Positions 12,997 to 25,270 of a stretch of 64,000 nucleotides of DNA are shown here, piece by piece. Made by a program: the position numbers and the translations under genes. The notes below the pieces were generated by a model, which was not told where the DNA came from, searched no databases, and was given only the letters and a program-made list of their open reading frames with translations. Every line of letters starts with the position of its first letter. The first letter of the stretch is position 1. Location: the NCBI RefSeq assembly GCF_009914755.1, contig NC_060934.1. The stretch is one strand, 5' to 3'. The DNA is from the human T2T-CHM13v2.0 reference genome, Homo sapiens.

Positions 12997-13110
12997 ATGA
13001 CTAAAGCCCTAGCTGGGTTATTTCTCACTATCACAGAAGAGGAAATTTATTTAAAATATATCAGTCCAATTATTGTGTGCATGTTCTAAACCTTTCTGTT
13101 TAATTTCCAG

Positions 13111-13172
13111 GCTGGACAGAGGCCTTAAATGGGGCTCTTTTTAAAAAGAAATCAGAAGACATATGTTCTTGG
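13111..13172 (+). pseudogene. Candidate exon 2 (WTEALNGALFKKKSEDICSW), phase 1 to 0
   Basis: Strong acceptor cctttctgtttaatttccag|; only the phase-1 frame is open; donor TGG|GTATTT at 13173. Confidence 0.55.
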
Positions 13173-13601
13173 GTATTTTGAGGGCTGGATTATAAATTCC
13201 TTTATGTCTTAGGGGAAGATTTCATCATGCTCTTTTAAAAGCTGCATGACGAACCTATCAATAGCAGGGAGATGTCTGGAACAGAGAATACATAATCAAC
13301 AAATTTTCACTGAGTGTCTACCATATGCTGAATCTCGGAGATACAATAGGGGTAAAGGCATATGCTGTCCTTCCCTTTAGGTAGTATTCTAGTGAGGGAC
13401 CTAGGTTGTGAGATAGGGATTGGGTATTGATTCATCTGAACGTTTAAGGTTGTTATAATAAAAAAATTGACTTTTAAAAGCTCATTTGGAGATTCTAGTA
13501 GAAAGCACAGCTACACATGTAGCCTTAACCTGGAAGAAGATACTGCTCCCTGACTAGCAAAAGTGTTCCCTTTTTCATTTGTCACCTTTGGCTGTAAGCA
13601 G

Positions 13602-13700
13602 GAGTAGCAGATACCATGGCCTGGTTATACTACCATCTCAACATCAAGCTACCAGTTGGGTTATAGAAGATTTGGTTTAGGTCCAGTGGATTTGCAATCA
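13602..13700 (+). pseudogene. Candidate exon 3 (E*QIPWPGYTTISTSSYQLGYRRFGLGPVDLQS), phase 0 to 0
   Basis: Pyrimidine tract ccctttttcatttgtcacctttgg with AGs at 13601 and 13610; frame open 13608-13709. The donor would be a dead AT at 13701 (inferred). Confidence 0.35.
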
Positions 13701-13877
13701 ATGAAGAGCTAAACTAGAGTTACAAAGACAGTGTCTGGTGTGTGTGTGTGTGTATGTGTGTGTTTTAATTTATACTACACAACCAACTTTCAGAACCCTA
13801 ATTTGCTGCAAGGCCCCTATGTTTGTAACAAGGTGGTTTTCATTCTTTCAGTAACACTGTTTTTTGTTTTTACCTAG

Positions 13878-13951
13878 TTGAAGAGACCTCTTGAAATATT
13901 TTCAAGTGTTATATAATATTTTCATGTGTGTTAATACAACACCTTTATGCT
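13878..13951 (+). pseudogene. Candidate exon 4 (LKRPLEIFSSVI*YFHVC*YNTFML), phase 0 to 2
   Basis: Acceptor ttttttgtttttacctag|; perfect donor GTAAGT at 13952; TAA stops at 13914 and 13932. Confidence 0.6.
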
Positions 13952-14264
13952 GTAAGTCCAAAAGAAAAGTCAAACAAAGGGTCGTCTGTAGCAACACTAA
14001 GGTGTTTCCATTTTTCACTGCTCTGCATTCACAGAGTTTGGAGATGACCTATGAAGCTATAAATAAAAGCAATACGATTTTTCTGTAAAACAATTTCTAA
14101 ACTTTTCAAAACGTGCAATGTTAGATTCATGTAATAGATTGTTACAGGCTTTCCTTGGGGAAGCTACAGGCTTTTTTCCCTTTTACGAATCAAAAGTTGA
14201 TAATGCAGAAATATTGCACAAATATCATGACAATATCTTTTCTTTTCTTTTTATTGAACAATAG

Positions 14265-14359
14265 TTGTGATTTGAAGAGTAACCTTCTTCAGAAAACTGT
14301 GGAGACTTCACAGAAATGGCAGAAGCTAGTTGAAGTCTACAAATTACCTAATGGAACAG
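14265..14359 (+). pseudogene. Candidate exon 5 (CDLKSNLLQKTVETSQKWQKLVEVYKLPNGT), phase 2 to 1
   Basis: Long pyrimidine tract then aacaatag|; donor CAG|GTAAGC at 14360. The only open frame matches the phase of exon 4. Confidence 0.7.
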
Positions 14360-14724
14360 GTAAGCTTTATGCCTTTAAAATTTTATATATATATATATTT
14401 TATATTTTCTTTGAAGTCTCTGGTACAGAACTTTTCAGCTCGTAATATTTTGTATTGAGCATGAAATTGACTGCTGTTCTCACTGCTTCGTCTTTTCAAA
14501 GCCCGCAATGTAGGAAAAAAAAAAATCGATTTTTTTTTACAAGCCCCAAATCCAAGAACCATACCAATGCTGCCTTTCTTTCCCACAGAGCCGTTAAAAA
14601 ATATATATCAACATGGCTTCTACCATATTACTAAATTCTATCAAGTTGGTACCCTTCTAACAACAGTAACAACAGCAGATTCCCAAAGTCGTAAGGAGTG
14701 AGGAATGGTGAATGGAAACAGTAG

Positions 14725-15063
<339 letters not shown>

Positions 15064-15757
15064 CAGTGTTACTTTTTAAGACAGATTCAAGAAGCTTTAA
15101 AACTGAGTTGACAATTTAGTCACAGGTAAAAATATACTGCATGCAATTAGCTAAAAATTTCTTACAGTAAATGAAAGTCTTGGTATGGCAGACACTGCAA
15201 ACCTACCAAGGCACATTGAGTTATGAATTGAGGTTTGGACATTCTAGCATGGACAGCTCCCTTCCCCCACACTTCAAACTTCAAACTCGTCTACCTCCTG
15301 CCTCCCACACACAGACTCCCAGTCCCACCCTAAATTGACCTATTGAAACTTGCTCTGTTGCCCTCAAAGAGTAAGAGGCTATTTATTCTTCCCTAAACAT
15401 CCGACTCCTGCACATTCCAAACTAATAGACACAGCCATGCCCCAGGTTTCTGTAGGATCCATAAACCTCACACGCAATTCAGGAGCCTGAATTCCACACG
15501 CAACAGAAATTTAGACCAATGAGGGACAAAGTTAAAAGTTCCTTCTGGAGGAAGGCTGAAGAAGAGAAATCAATCACTTACGAAAACTGATGAATGATTC
15601 TGGCTCTCAGGCGAGGGAAGAGGGGTCCTGTGCACTCTGTGGGGCTGTTTGTAACCCTCCAGAGTCACCTGCATGCTTTGGGATAATAGTAAAACTAGCT
15701 ATCACTAGGAAACCGGGCCACTACGCCATGGGACATCGGCCTTAAGAGTGGGATGTG

Positions 15758-16034
15758 GGCCGGGCACAGTGGCTCACGCCTGTAATCCCAGCAGATGGGT
15801 TACCTGAGGTCAGGAGTTCGAGACCAGCCTGGCCAAGATGGTGAAACTCTGTCTCTACTGAAAGTACAAAAATTAGCCAGAGTCGGTGGCGCACCTTTAG
15901 TCCCAGCTACTCGGGAAGCTGAAACAAGAGAATCGCTTGAATCCGGGAGCAGAGGTTGCAGTGAGCCAAGATCGCACCACTGCACTCCAGCCTGGGCGAC
16001 AAGAGTGAAACTCCGTCTTAAACAACAACAAAAA
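15758..16034 (+). mobile_element. AluS (Sq-like) with small left-arm deletion
   Basis: TSD aagagtgggatgtg (15744-15757) / aagagtgagatgtg (16035-16048); lacks the ctttgggaggccgagg segment. Confidence 0.95.
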
Positions 16035-16174
16035 AAGAGTGAGATGTGAGAAGGGAAAAGCGTTTTCCTACTGTCCTACGGAAGAAAACCAAACAGTCAA
16101 AGGCAAGGAGCCACGGAGCTCTAACCATCAATGGCAGATCCACACACCAGGTGAGCAGCTTGAGCAAGAGCTGG

Positions 16175-16500
16175 GAATCAGCAGCCCGAGCACTTCCAGA
16201 GATGATTACCCCAGAATCCACGGTCAGGGCACTTCCGGAGTCCACAGTCAGAACACTTCCGGAGGTGGTCACCTTGGATCTGTGGTCAGGACATTTACAG
16301 AGGTGATCACCTGGGTCTGTGGTCAGGGCACTTCTGGAGATGGTCTCTCTGGATCTGTGGTCAGGACATTTACAGAGGTGATCACCTGGGTCTGTGGTCA
16401 GAGCACTTCTGGAGATGGTCTCTCTGGATCTGTGGTCAGAACATTTTCTGAGGTGATCACCCCGGAATCCACGGTCAGGGGCACTGATGGAGACGGTCAT
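16175..16500. repeat. Minisatellite of 37-39 bp units with a 75-bp higher-order dimer
   Basis: gatctgtggtcag recurs at 16277, 16352 and 16427 (period 75); flanking 39-bp units translate as ESTVRxLPExxTP. Confidence 0.9.
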
Positions 16501-17283
16501 CCATAGGATGGTCAGTGACCCTAAAACAAGACAGAGAGTTAGTTATATGGGGACAAACATCCGCCCTCATAGACTTTGAAAAAAGACTCTGGGTGAGTTT
16601 ATCCAGGAGCCGTGAGCTGGAGGGGCCTGCAAACCTTCAGGTTACTTTTTCTTAAAGCACCATTGATCAAGGCTTTTTCATGGTTAGAGAGCAAACCAAG
16701 GCTACGTGTCACAAATGTAATTTAGGTCCTCTACTGAAAGCTTAATGGACCATTTGCCCCCTCTATCTTGTGTGCTTTATTCCTTTTTAATCAAGAAAAT
16801 TAATTTTTTTAATTAAATGTTTTTAAATTCTGCACTCCTATTCATATGTTGTCCTACTGAGTTATTTCTTGTGCCATGAGGTCAGAACCCACAGGAATAG
16901 TTGAATTTTGGGAATAGAATTTGAGGAGAAGGACCAGAGGGCTGAGGACTGAGCCTTTGGAGATGCTCACAGGCAATGGACAGCACCTAGAAGAAGGAAG
17001 AATTCAGTGCCAGTTGGCTCATGCAAAGGTCAACCAGCCCAGAAGTCTATATTAACTGATACCCTAAAACCTCGATTCTTATTTTTACTTGAAATATAGA
17101 ACAAAGTTGACTTATACATACATATACACATGAATATGTAAATACACATGAATGAGGAATCTCTCTCTCCACACATACACAGGCCATTCTAAAGTCGTTT
17201 TCAGAATGTCTTATTATTGAATGAAAAAAAAACCTGAAGTATGTATGTTACTTTTCTAGTTATCTAAGAAAGAAGGGTATAAA

Positions 17284-17340
17284 TATTAGGTTGGTGCAAA
17301 AGTAATTGTGGTTTTTGCCATTATTTGCACCAGCCTAACA
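17284..17340. mobile_element. MADE1 mariner-derived MITE, internally deleted
   Basis: Terminal inverted repeats ttaggttggtgcaaa...tttgcaccagcctaa with 5' TA. Confidence 0.9.
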
Positions 17341-17800
17341 GATTCATTGTTTTTTTAATAGCTGAAGAGTACACCATTGTGTGGACGTACCATAATTTAT
17401 TCAGCTAGGCCCCTTTTGGTGGGCATTTGAATTGTTCTTAGTAGTTTGCTGTTACAAAGCACTGGCTTACAGTGAATTGCCTTGTCCACATATCTTTTCT
17501 TGCTTTTTCCAGTGAATCATTGGGATAATTTTTTTAAAGTAAGATTGGCAATAGTGTAAATGAGTATGTGATTTTTCTAAATATTGCCAAATTCCTTTTC
17601 CTATAGGTCGTACTATTCATTTTGTATTTCTACCAGCAATATATAAGAATGGCTGTTTCCCACCCCATCACTAGTGTCATCCACAGAGTGTGCACTGACA
17701 TTGGCATTTTGCCAACCTAATGATGAGAAATGCTATCTCAGTATAGTTTAATTTCACTTCTCCTTTTGTAATTGATTGAGCATTTTTACATTTATATTTC
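17341..17800 (-). mobile_element. Old L1M fragment
   Basis: ccattgtgtggacgtaccataatttattca...gggcatttg...attgccaaatt...ctaccagcaat. Confidence 0.75.
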
Positions 17801-18804
17801 CCTATAGAAAATATAAAATTTAACTCTTAAAAATTCAGCTTACCTGATATCAACATTATCAAAATATATCAAACTTCCTGTGTAAACCTAGAGCGAATGG
17901 CTATTTTTGTGTCCTAGCTACAGACAGCAAAATATGGAATCCTTCCCCACTCTTTGTAGCAATGACCCTTTAAGTCCTAGGTTGTCTCAACTTCATGATA
18001 TCCATACCACACAAGGGAATGAATTTTTCCCCTAATGATTATATAGGTTACATTTTTCCAAATGATATCTTCTTCAGTTCCCTCCCAATGTATTCCATTT
18101 CTTAACTCAATAACACACATTTACTGAGTTTCTACTATGTACCTGAACAACATAGATCCCATAGTAACCAATCAGAGCCAGTCTTTCTCTGGGCTGCTGG
18201 CACCATCAACGCATTGCAAAATTCCAGAAATTTCTGGCCACTCACAGTTCCCAAGCCCCTAATAAAACTATTTTAATTCTATGTGTTTCCTCTACCCAAT
18301 ATCAACATTTTGCATAATTGGGATGCGGAAAAACTCTCCACTCTGGAGGAGGCTTTGAGTTTAGAAAAGAAAGCAGGGTGGAAGAGAAGTTGTTCTTCAA
18401 CAAAACAAGATTAACTAAAAAAACAAGAGTCCTGAGGAGTCCTGGGCTTTGCGGTCAATGTGATTTATCATTCAGGGCTCTGACTAAGACACAAGAGTTG
18501 AGTAGCAGGCAACTTTTGAAGCTCTACAACTTACTGAATTTTAGTCTCTTCATTAAAGTATAATCTGAATTTTATTCTCTTCATCCAAGTATAATTCTTT
18601 CATTTACAATGAGTCCAAGAGAAAAGATACATTAAAATATTTAAGATTATTAAGTAGATACTAAATATTATAAAGTCTTGACCAAAAAAAGTGCTTCTCT
18701 TGAATAAACAATAGCAAATGACTCAAATGACAGAGATGATTTGTGAAAGTGCTAATAGTTAGACTGTATTTCAGAGCTGACTAAACTTGTTTTTTCTTAT
18801 AGCC

Positions 18805-19530
18805 CCCCCATCCATGCCATTAGCAAATTCTACTTTCAAAATATATCTTCAATTCTAAGCATTCTCATTATCCCACTGTTATCCCTCTAATTCAGGCCTC
18901 ACCTAGTCTATAACCACAGCCTCCTAACTGGCCTCTCTACTTATGAGCTTATCCGTACTTCAGCCTTCAGTTATACCTCAATTATCCATACAGCAACCAG
19001 AGTGATGATTTAAAATTGTGACACAGCTCCTGCCACTGATCCTTCACGCCCTCTATTGGTTCACAATCACACCCGTTTAAATCCAAATCCCTTTCATGGC
19101 CTGAAAGCCTCCACTTGATCATGATCCAGCCCCTCACCTCCTCTCTGACCTGGCCTCCTCTCACTTTCTGTCTTGCTCATTCTGCATGGCCAGAAGTCTT
19201 CTCACACTTCCTGATAAAATCCAGACATGATCCTGGATCAAGGCCTTAGCACTTCCTCTTCCTCTGCTTGGAACTCTTGGCTCATAACTCCCTGTGACTT
19301 CCTTCAAGGCTCTGCTCAAACACTTAATTAGCGAGGACTTCCCTGACTAAAATGGCACTTCAGTCACTCTCTGCTTACCCTGATTTATTTTTCTTCATAA
19401 TATAATTTTCAATACGTGGCACACTTTATACTTATTTGTTTATCGTCTGTCTCCTCCTACAAGAATGTAAACTCCACCAGAGGAGAGACTTTGTTTTGTT
19501 CACAGATGGATCTGCAGGGCTTAGAATTGT
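18805..19530 (+). mobile_element. L2 3' region
   Basis: agcctcctaactggcctc...acagcaaccagagtgat...aaatccaaatcc...gaatgtaaactccac...gactttgttttgttcac. Confidence 0.8.
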
Positions 19531-20129
19531 GAACGAAGAGTTATTACAGTGGCCTGTTCCCAGGAGAGGCATGTGAAATAAAATTATGAAGTGGGATATT
19601 GCTTTATCGACAGCTGTTTGGACTGTAAATACTCCTTGTCACCATCAGGTTACAAAGTCTCTCGTAACAAAGATAGGGAGGTAGGTTGGAGAGGGGTAGG
19701 GACAAAAAAAAAGAAGAGGAGTTAGGGTGTTCCTAATATGGCCCAAGGGAGAAATAATGGTGGTTTGCATAAGGGTATGGCGGCCCAGATGGAGAGAACC
19801 AACAGGGCTTGGTAATGGTTTGAATGTGGGAAATGAAAGAAAAAAAAGAAAAGAATAAAAATGGTCCTTGATAATTTTTTTTCGCACGAACAGTTGAGTG
19901 TATACTGGTGCCTTCTGCTGAGATGGAGAAGGGTGAAGAAAGAATGAGATGTGTGTGTTTATTTGGAGAATGGGGATTGGTAATAGTAGAAGTTGTGCCA
20001 ACCCCCCACTTCCACAAACAATGTGCACACACAAGCACACACCCATCTATTTCCCACACTTCTCTGCTCTGCTTTATGGCCAGGGTGTGCTCTTGTCGTC
20101 TGATTTCAAATGGCATAAGGCAATATGAG

Positions 20130-21132
<1,003 letters not shown>

Positions 21133-22977
21133 CTACCTTGTTGAATGGTAAGATGGGAATCTTATTAGATTCAAGGAAGACCTGGGCTACTTCATCCTCA
21201 CATTCAGAAAGCCTGACATTCAGTACTAAAACCTGAAATAGTTACCCTCCTTCCTTTAAGAGTCTAGCAAGACTAATTCTCCCATGCCTCACACCACTGT
21301 TTACCTTGGTTAATAACAGAGGCCCAAACCTCCCAGGCATCCATTTGTCTGGGGACTCTCATTTTCTTACAGTTGTGTATATCCCTATCATATGACTTGA
21401 TACTTCCCTCCCTTTCAAAATTTACTTTCAAGCAGTTTTAGATTCTAAATGATAAATTACTTACTCTATGACCATAATGAACTTTTCAAAAAATGGTTAA
21501 CAGTTAGCCAAGAGGAGAACAAAATTAATTCACTTCAGCCATTTATTCACAATTACAATAGCCACAATGCACTTCATCACTGAACAAACTCTGTGATAGA
21601 CATTTGGCCACGGGGACAAGGAGCCAGATTAGACTGATCAATTTTTTACTGTTTTGGGTTTGCCCTAACATACATGGCCATAAACAGTAAATTGGAGCTA
21701 TAAATACTTCCAGCTAAGTTTAATTAGTTCTCCGTACAAAATCCCAGGTTATAATAACTGTGGTGATAACTCTGGACAAAAATTTTAAAATTCCATAGGA
21801 AGTTTGTTTTAAAAATTGATCTAGAATATGCTTTGAGAGAAAAAAGAGAGAGAAAAAAAGAAATCGAATAAAGGAGCAAGAAATCAGAGTATGAAAAGAT
21901 TAGTTACTCTGTAAAAAGCCAATATGATTGTCGAGGTATTAAAATCCCTGTAGGAGATTTACAGAGAAGTCTGCCCTGGATTAGAATTTCATATCAAATA
22001 AGTTAACTGAAGTCATACAATTTCTGTGCCATTTGTAGTTGAGTTAATAGCATATGTTCCTGGAGGATTACAGCCAATGATTAAGGAAATTAGGTTTTGT
22101 TTGAATTTAATTTAGTTATATAAAACTGCTACTATAATTTACAGCTTTGATATTTAATATTTAATAACCCAGATCTTAGAAGAATACTAGATATAGCTGT
22201 GTCATTATGCCTTGAAATATTATTCCCATAAGTCATTTATATTTGCTGGCTGATAAGGATGTTCATCAACTAGATGGACTCAACATGAGTCCACTGATAA
22301 AGCCAATGCAGTTTTACAGTTTGCTGAGTCCCTTGTATGTTTCCACTCCATTTCCCGCACCCGTAACTTATGGAATCATAAATTATCTGGCTGGTCAATT
22401 GTCATAATAAAGAAACATTACAGCCTTTTCTTCAACAGCCAGCTGTGGGAATGACTCAGCTCTGCCTTCCTCTCACATTTTATGTATCTGTGGCATTTAG
22501 TCATTAAAAATCATAGGAATTTCTCCGTAAATATTGCCCCATCAATATTTTTTCTTGTTTTCTTTTTGTTGTGTTGCTTCTTTTTTCCCTATTCATCTCT
22601 TTGACTTTTTATTTCTTTTTTCCCATCATTTTTCTGAGGAAAAAATGATAAAATAGTAATGACTGCAATTTTTCTTTCCTAAATATATGTATATATGTAT
22701 GTAGACATTTTAAGTTTTCTTTTTCTCTGATTTATAAAAATTAATCCTGATTTCTGATTTCATAGATTGACATTTGTTTCCAAACATTCCTATTTTTTCT
22801 CCTCATATAAGAATGTTTAAACTATTTAAACTCCTTTTATCTTTTAGTGTTTCTGACTTAAACTTTTTATCTCCTTTATTCACATGTCTTATTGCTTTTA
22901 CAGCTACTAGAAATCCTTCCATCACAGCTATTCTGTCTAGTTTTATTCCTCTCACTTGCCTTTACTTCCTAGTTTAG

Positions 22978-23117
22978 GCTTCCTTCAAAGACAGGTCAAG
23001 TCAGCCCTTACATATCAATTTAAAAAAAAGACAGAAAATTTAAGAACAAAAAAATGGCGAGTTCATAAGCTACAATTTCGAATCCCAAAGATTGTAGAGT
23101 CTATACAGAGGGTTTAT
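22978..23117 (+). pseudogene. Candidate exon (GFLQRQVKSALTYQFKKKTENLRTKKWRVHKLQFRIPKIVESIQRVY), phase 1 to 0
   Basis: Pyrimidine tract ttttattcctctcacttgcctttacttcctagtttag|; open frame in the phase left by the 16593 donor; donor TAT|GTGAGA at 23118. Confidence 0.5.
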
Positions 23118-23414
23118 GTGAGAATGTCCATTTTTAAAATTTTTTTTTATACTTAGATAGATATGGATATAGACGTCAAATATTAAACGTTGACCACTAC
23201 TTAAATATGCAAGTTGAATACTCGAAGATTGTTTGAAGAGAAGGAAGAGATTCATTAATACATTCTAAGAAGCAAGTTTCCTTTGTGCTTTACTACCCAC
23301 TTTCCAACTTGGATTCCAACTTGGAGAACATTTTGTAATAATAACAATAATAAATGTTAATAAAATGTTAAATGTTAATAACAAAATGTTATTACTAATA
23401 TTATTTTTTTTAAA

Positions 23415-23630
23415 GTATAGTGATGTGCCTAGGTGGCAATCTTGGCTTCACTATTTTATAGCTGTGTGATTGAATAATTTACTTAACCTCTCTGTGCCTC
23501 AGTTTTCAAATCTGTAAAATGGGGATAACAATAGTACTTTGTTGACAAAGTTCTTATGTTAATTTATGTAAAATGCTTAGAATGATGCCTCATACACAGT
23601 AAAGTCTCAATAATTGTTCCATATTGTTTT
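23415..23630 (+). mobile_element. MIR
   Basis: ttacttaacctctctgtgcctcagttttcaaatctgtaaaatggggataac. Confidence 0.9.
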
Positions 23631-23682
23631 CTATATTATTATTTTTCTTACTGTGAAATAAAGACCAATTAGAAGGAAATAG

Positions 23683-24217
23683 CAGACGAATGTAAAGACT
23701 AGGAAGCAAACAACCACCACGGCAGTAACTGGAAAGTATTTACAAAATCTGTATTTTTTGGCATGTATGTTGCATAATTTTGGAGGTAAAAATTCTTTGG
23801 TATTCTTTGGAGTAGCCACAACACATATTGAAGTGACCAGTACCGTATCAACAATCACTAGTTCAAAAGTTACCCATGCGAGTAGTTGAAAGAAAAGTCT
23901 ACATCAAACATATTTGAGAAGCAAAGTCCTTTTATTATCTGAATATAATGAGCTGCTTCGAATCATGTAAAGCCTGAAGCTCTGGTGGATATTAAAAATT
24001 CCATCTCAAAAACTAGAGAAACAATATGGTTGCACTAATCTAAAAAAAACTCGAGCCATAAAGCAGCATCCAGAACTGGATAAAGATATTTCATATCCAA
24101 AAATAGAATCTCCTAATTTATTTGAAGAGAATTTCACTGAGTGCAGGCTGTATAGAAGACACCAACATCCACCCTGTGAGGAAGTTAAAAACAGAACACT
24201 GTGTAACAGAAGCAATG
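23683..24217 (+). pseudogene. Candidate large decayed exon (about 178 codons, 2 internal stops)
   Basis: A single frame 23683-24228 has only TGA at 23887 and TAA at 23968 in AT-rich DNA; donor ATG|GTAATC at 24218; acceptor unclear. Confidence 0.45.
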
Positions 24218-24530
24218 GTAATCCTTAATATTGAATACAAATGAAAGGAAGGAGAGAATTTACTATGTTTCAATGAATCATAAAATAAACCAGAACACAC
24301 CAAGAAAGAGAAAAAAAAATTCAAAATGTCCGAGAAGAGAAACAAGATCTATTTCCTGTACTATGTTTTCATTTATTCACAAACCAGACACCATGCAATA
24401 TATACTGGAAAGGGGTAAAAATGTACATAATGACTAATACCAAATAAAACATCTTCCACTAAAGGAAATACAAGGAGAATCTGCAGGATATAGACATACA
24501 GCAGCAGGGACAATAAGAAATGTGGATTTA

Positions 24531-24895
24531 TGCCAGGTACAGTGGCTCATACCTACAATCCTAGCACTTTGGGAGGCCAAGAGGGGAGGGTCAGTTGAGC
24601 CCAGGAGTTTGAGACCAGCCTGAGCAGCATCATAGCAAGACCCCATCTCTACAAAATTTTAAAATTAGCTTGGCATGGTGGCACACACCTGTAGTCCCAG
24701 CCACTCAGGAGGCTAAGGTGGGAAGATCACTTGAGCGTAGAGTTTGAGGCTGCAGTGAGCTATGATGACACCATTGCACTCCGGTCTGGGTGACAGCGTG
24801 AGATCCTGTCTCAAGAAACAAGGAAGGAAGGAAGGAAGGAAGGGAGGAAGGAAGGAAGGGAGGGAGGGAGGGAGGGAGGGAGGCAGGGAGAGGCA
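24531..24895 (+). mobile_element. AluJ with tail expanded into (GGAA)n/(GGGA)n
   Basis: ttgagcccaggagtttgagaccagcctgagcagcat...gaggctgcagtgagctatgat; purine tail from about 24815 to 24895. Confidence 0.92.
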
Positions 24896-25049
24896 GGCTG
24901 AAGTGGCTAATGATGGGCATTCCTGGGAACAGATTGCTTGTAATAAGATATAAAGCAATAGAAGCATAGCCAAATTCAGGTCTATTACAAAGCTATTTTC
25001 AATTACCTAAAACATTTAAAATACCCAGATAGTTATAATGACTTAGGAA

Positions 25050-25270
25050 TACCAGTATTTGAGGGTGAGAAAATTTGAGTGTATGTCACATCTTTGCCAT
25101 TTACTAGCTCCATGATCTTAAGAAATCATTAAACTTGCTGAACTCATTCTTTCCATAAGGAAAATAGAGACAATAGTATTTACATAGTATATCTTATAAG
25201 GGTTTAATAATAGTTCAATTAAATGATACTTTGAAACATGAAACACTACTGGAATGTAAACCGTTAATGG
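25050..25270 (+). mobile_element. MIR, degraded
   Basis: tttgccatttactagctccatgatcttaagaaatcattaaac...aaatagagacaatagta. Confidence 0.6.

Larger units (their letters stand above)
15446..16592 (+). pseudogene. Candidate large exon 6 (basic, low-complexity, with 13-aa repeats), interrupted by an Alu, ends phase 1
   Basis: Frame is continuous across the Alu once one TSD copy is removed (...GHRP*EWDV|RREKRF...). Donor TGG|GTGAGT at 16593. Acceptor ambiguous (15434, 15445 or 15455). Confidence 0.5.

Noticed and set aside
16018-16506. 155-aa (+) and 160-aa (-) ORFs as real proteins
   Set aside because: They stay open because the 75-bp repeat period is a multiple of 3; the likely ancestral frame is the 13-aa repeat, now frameshifted.
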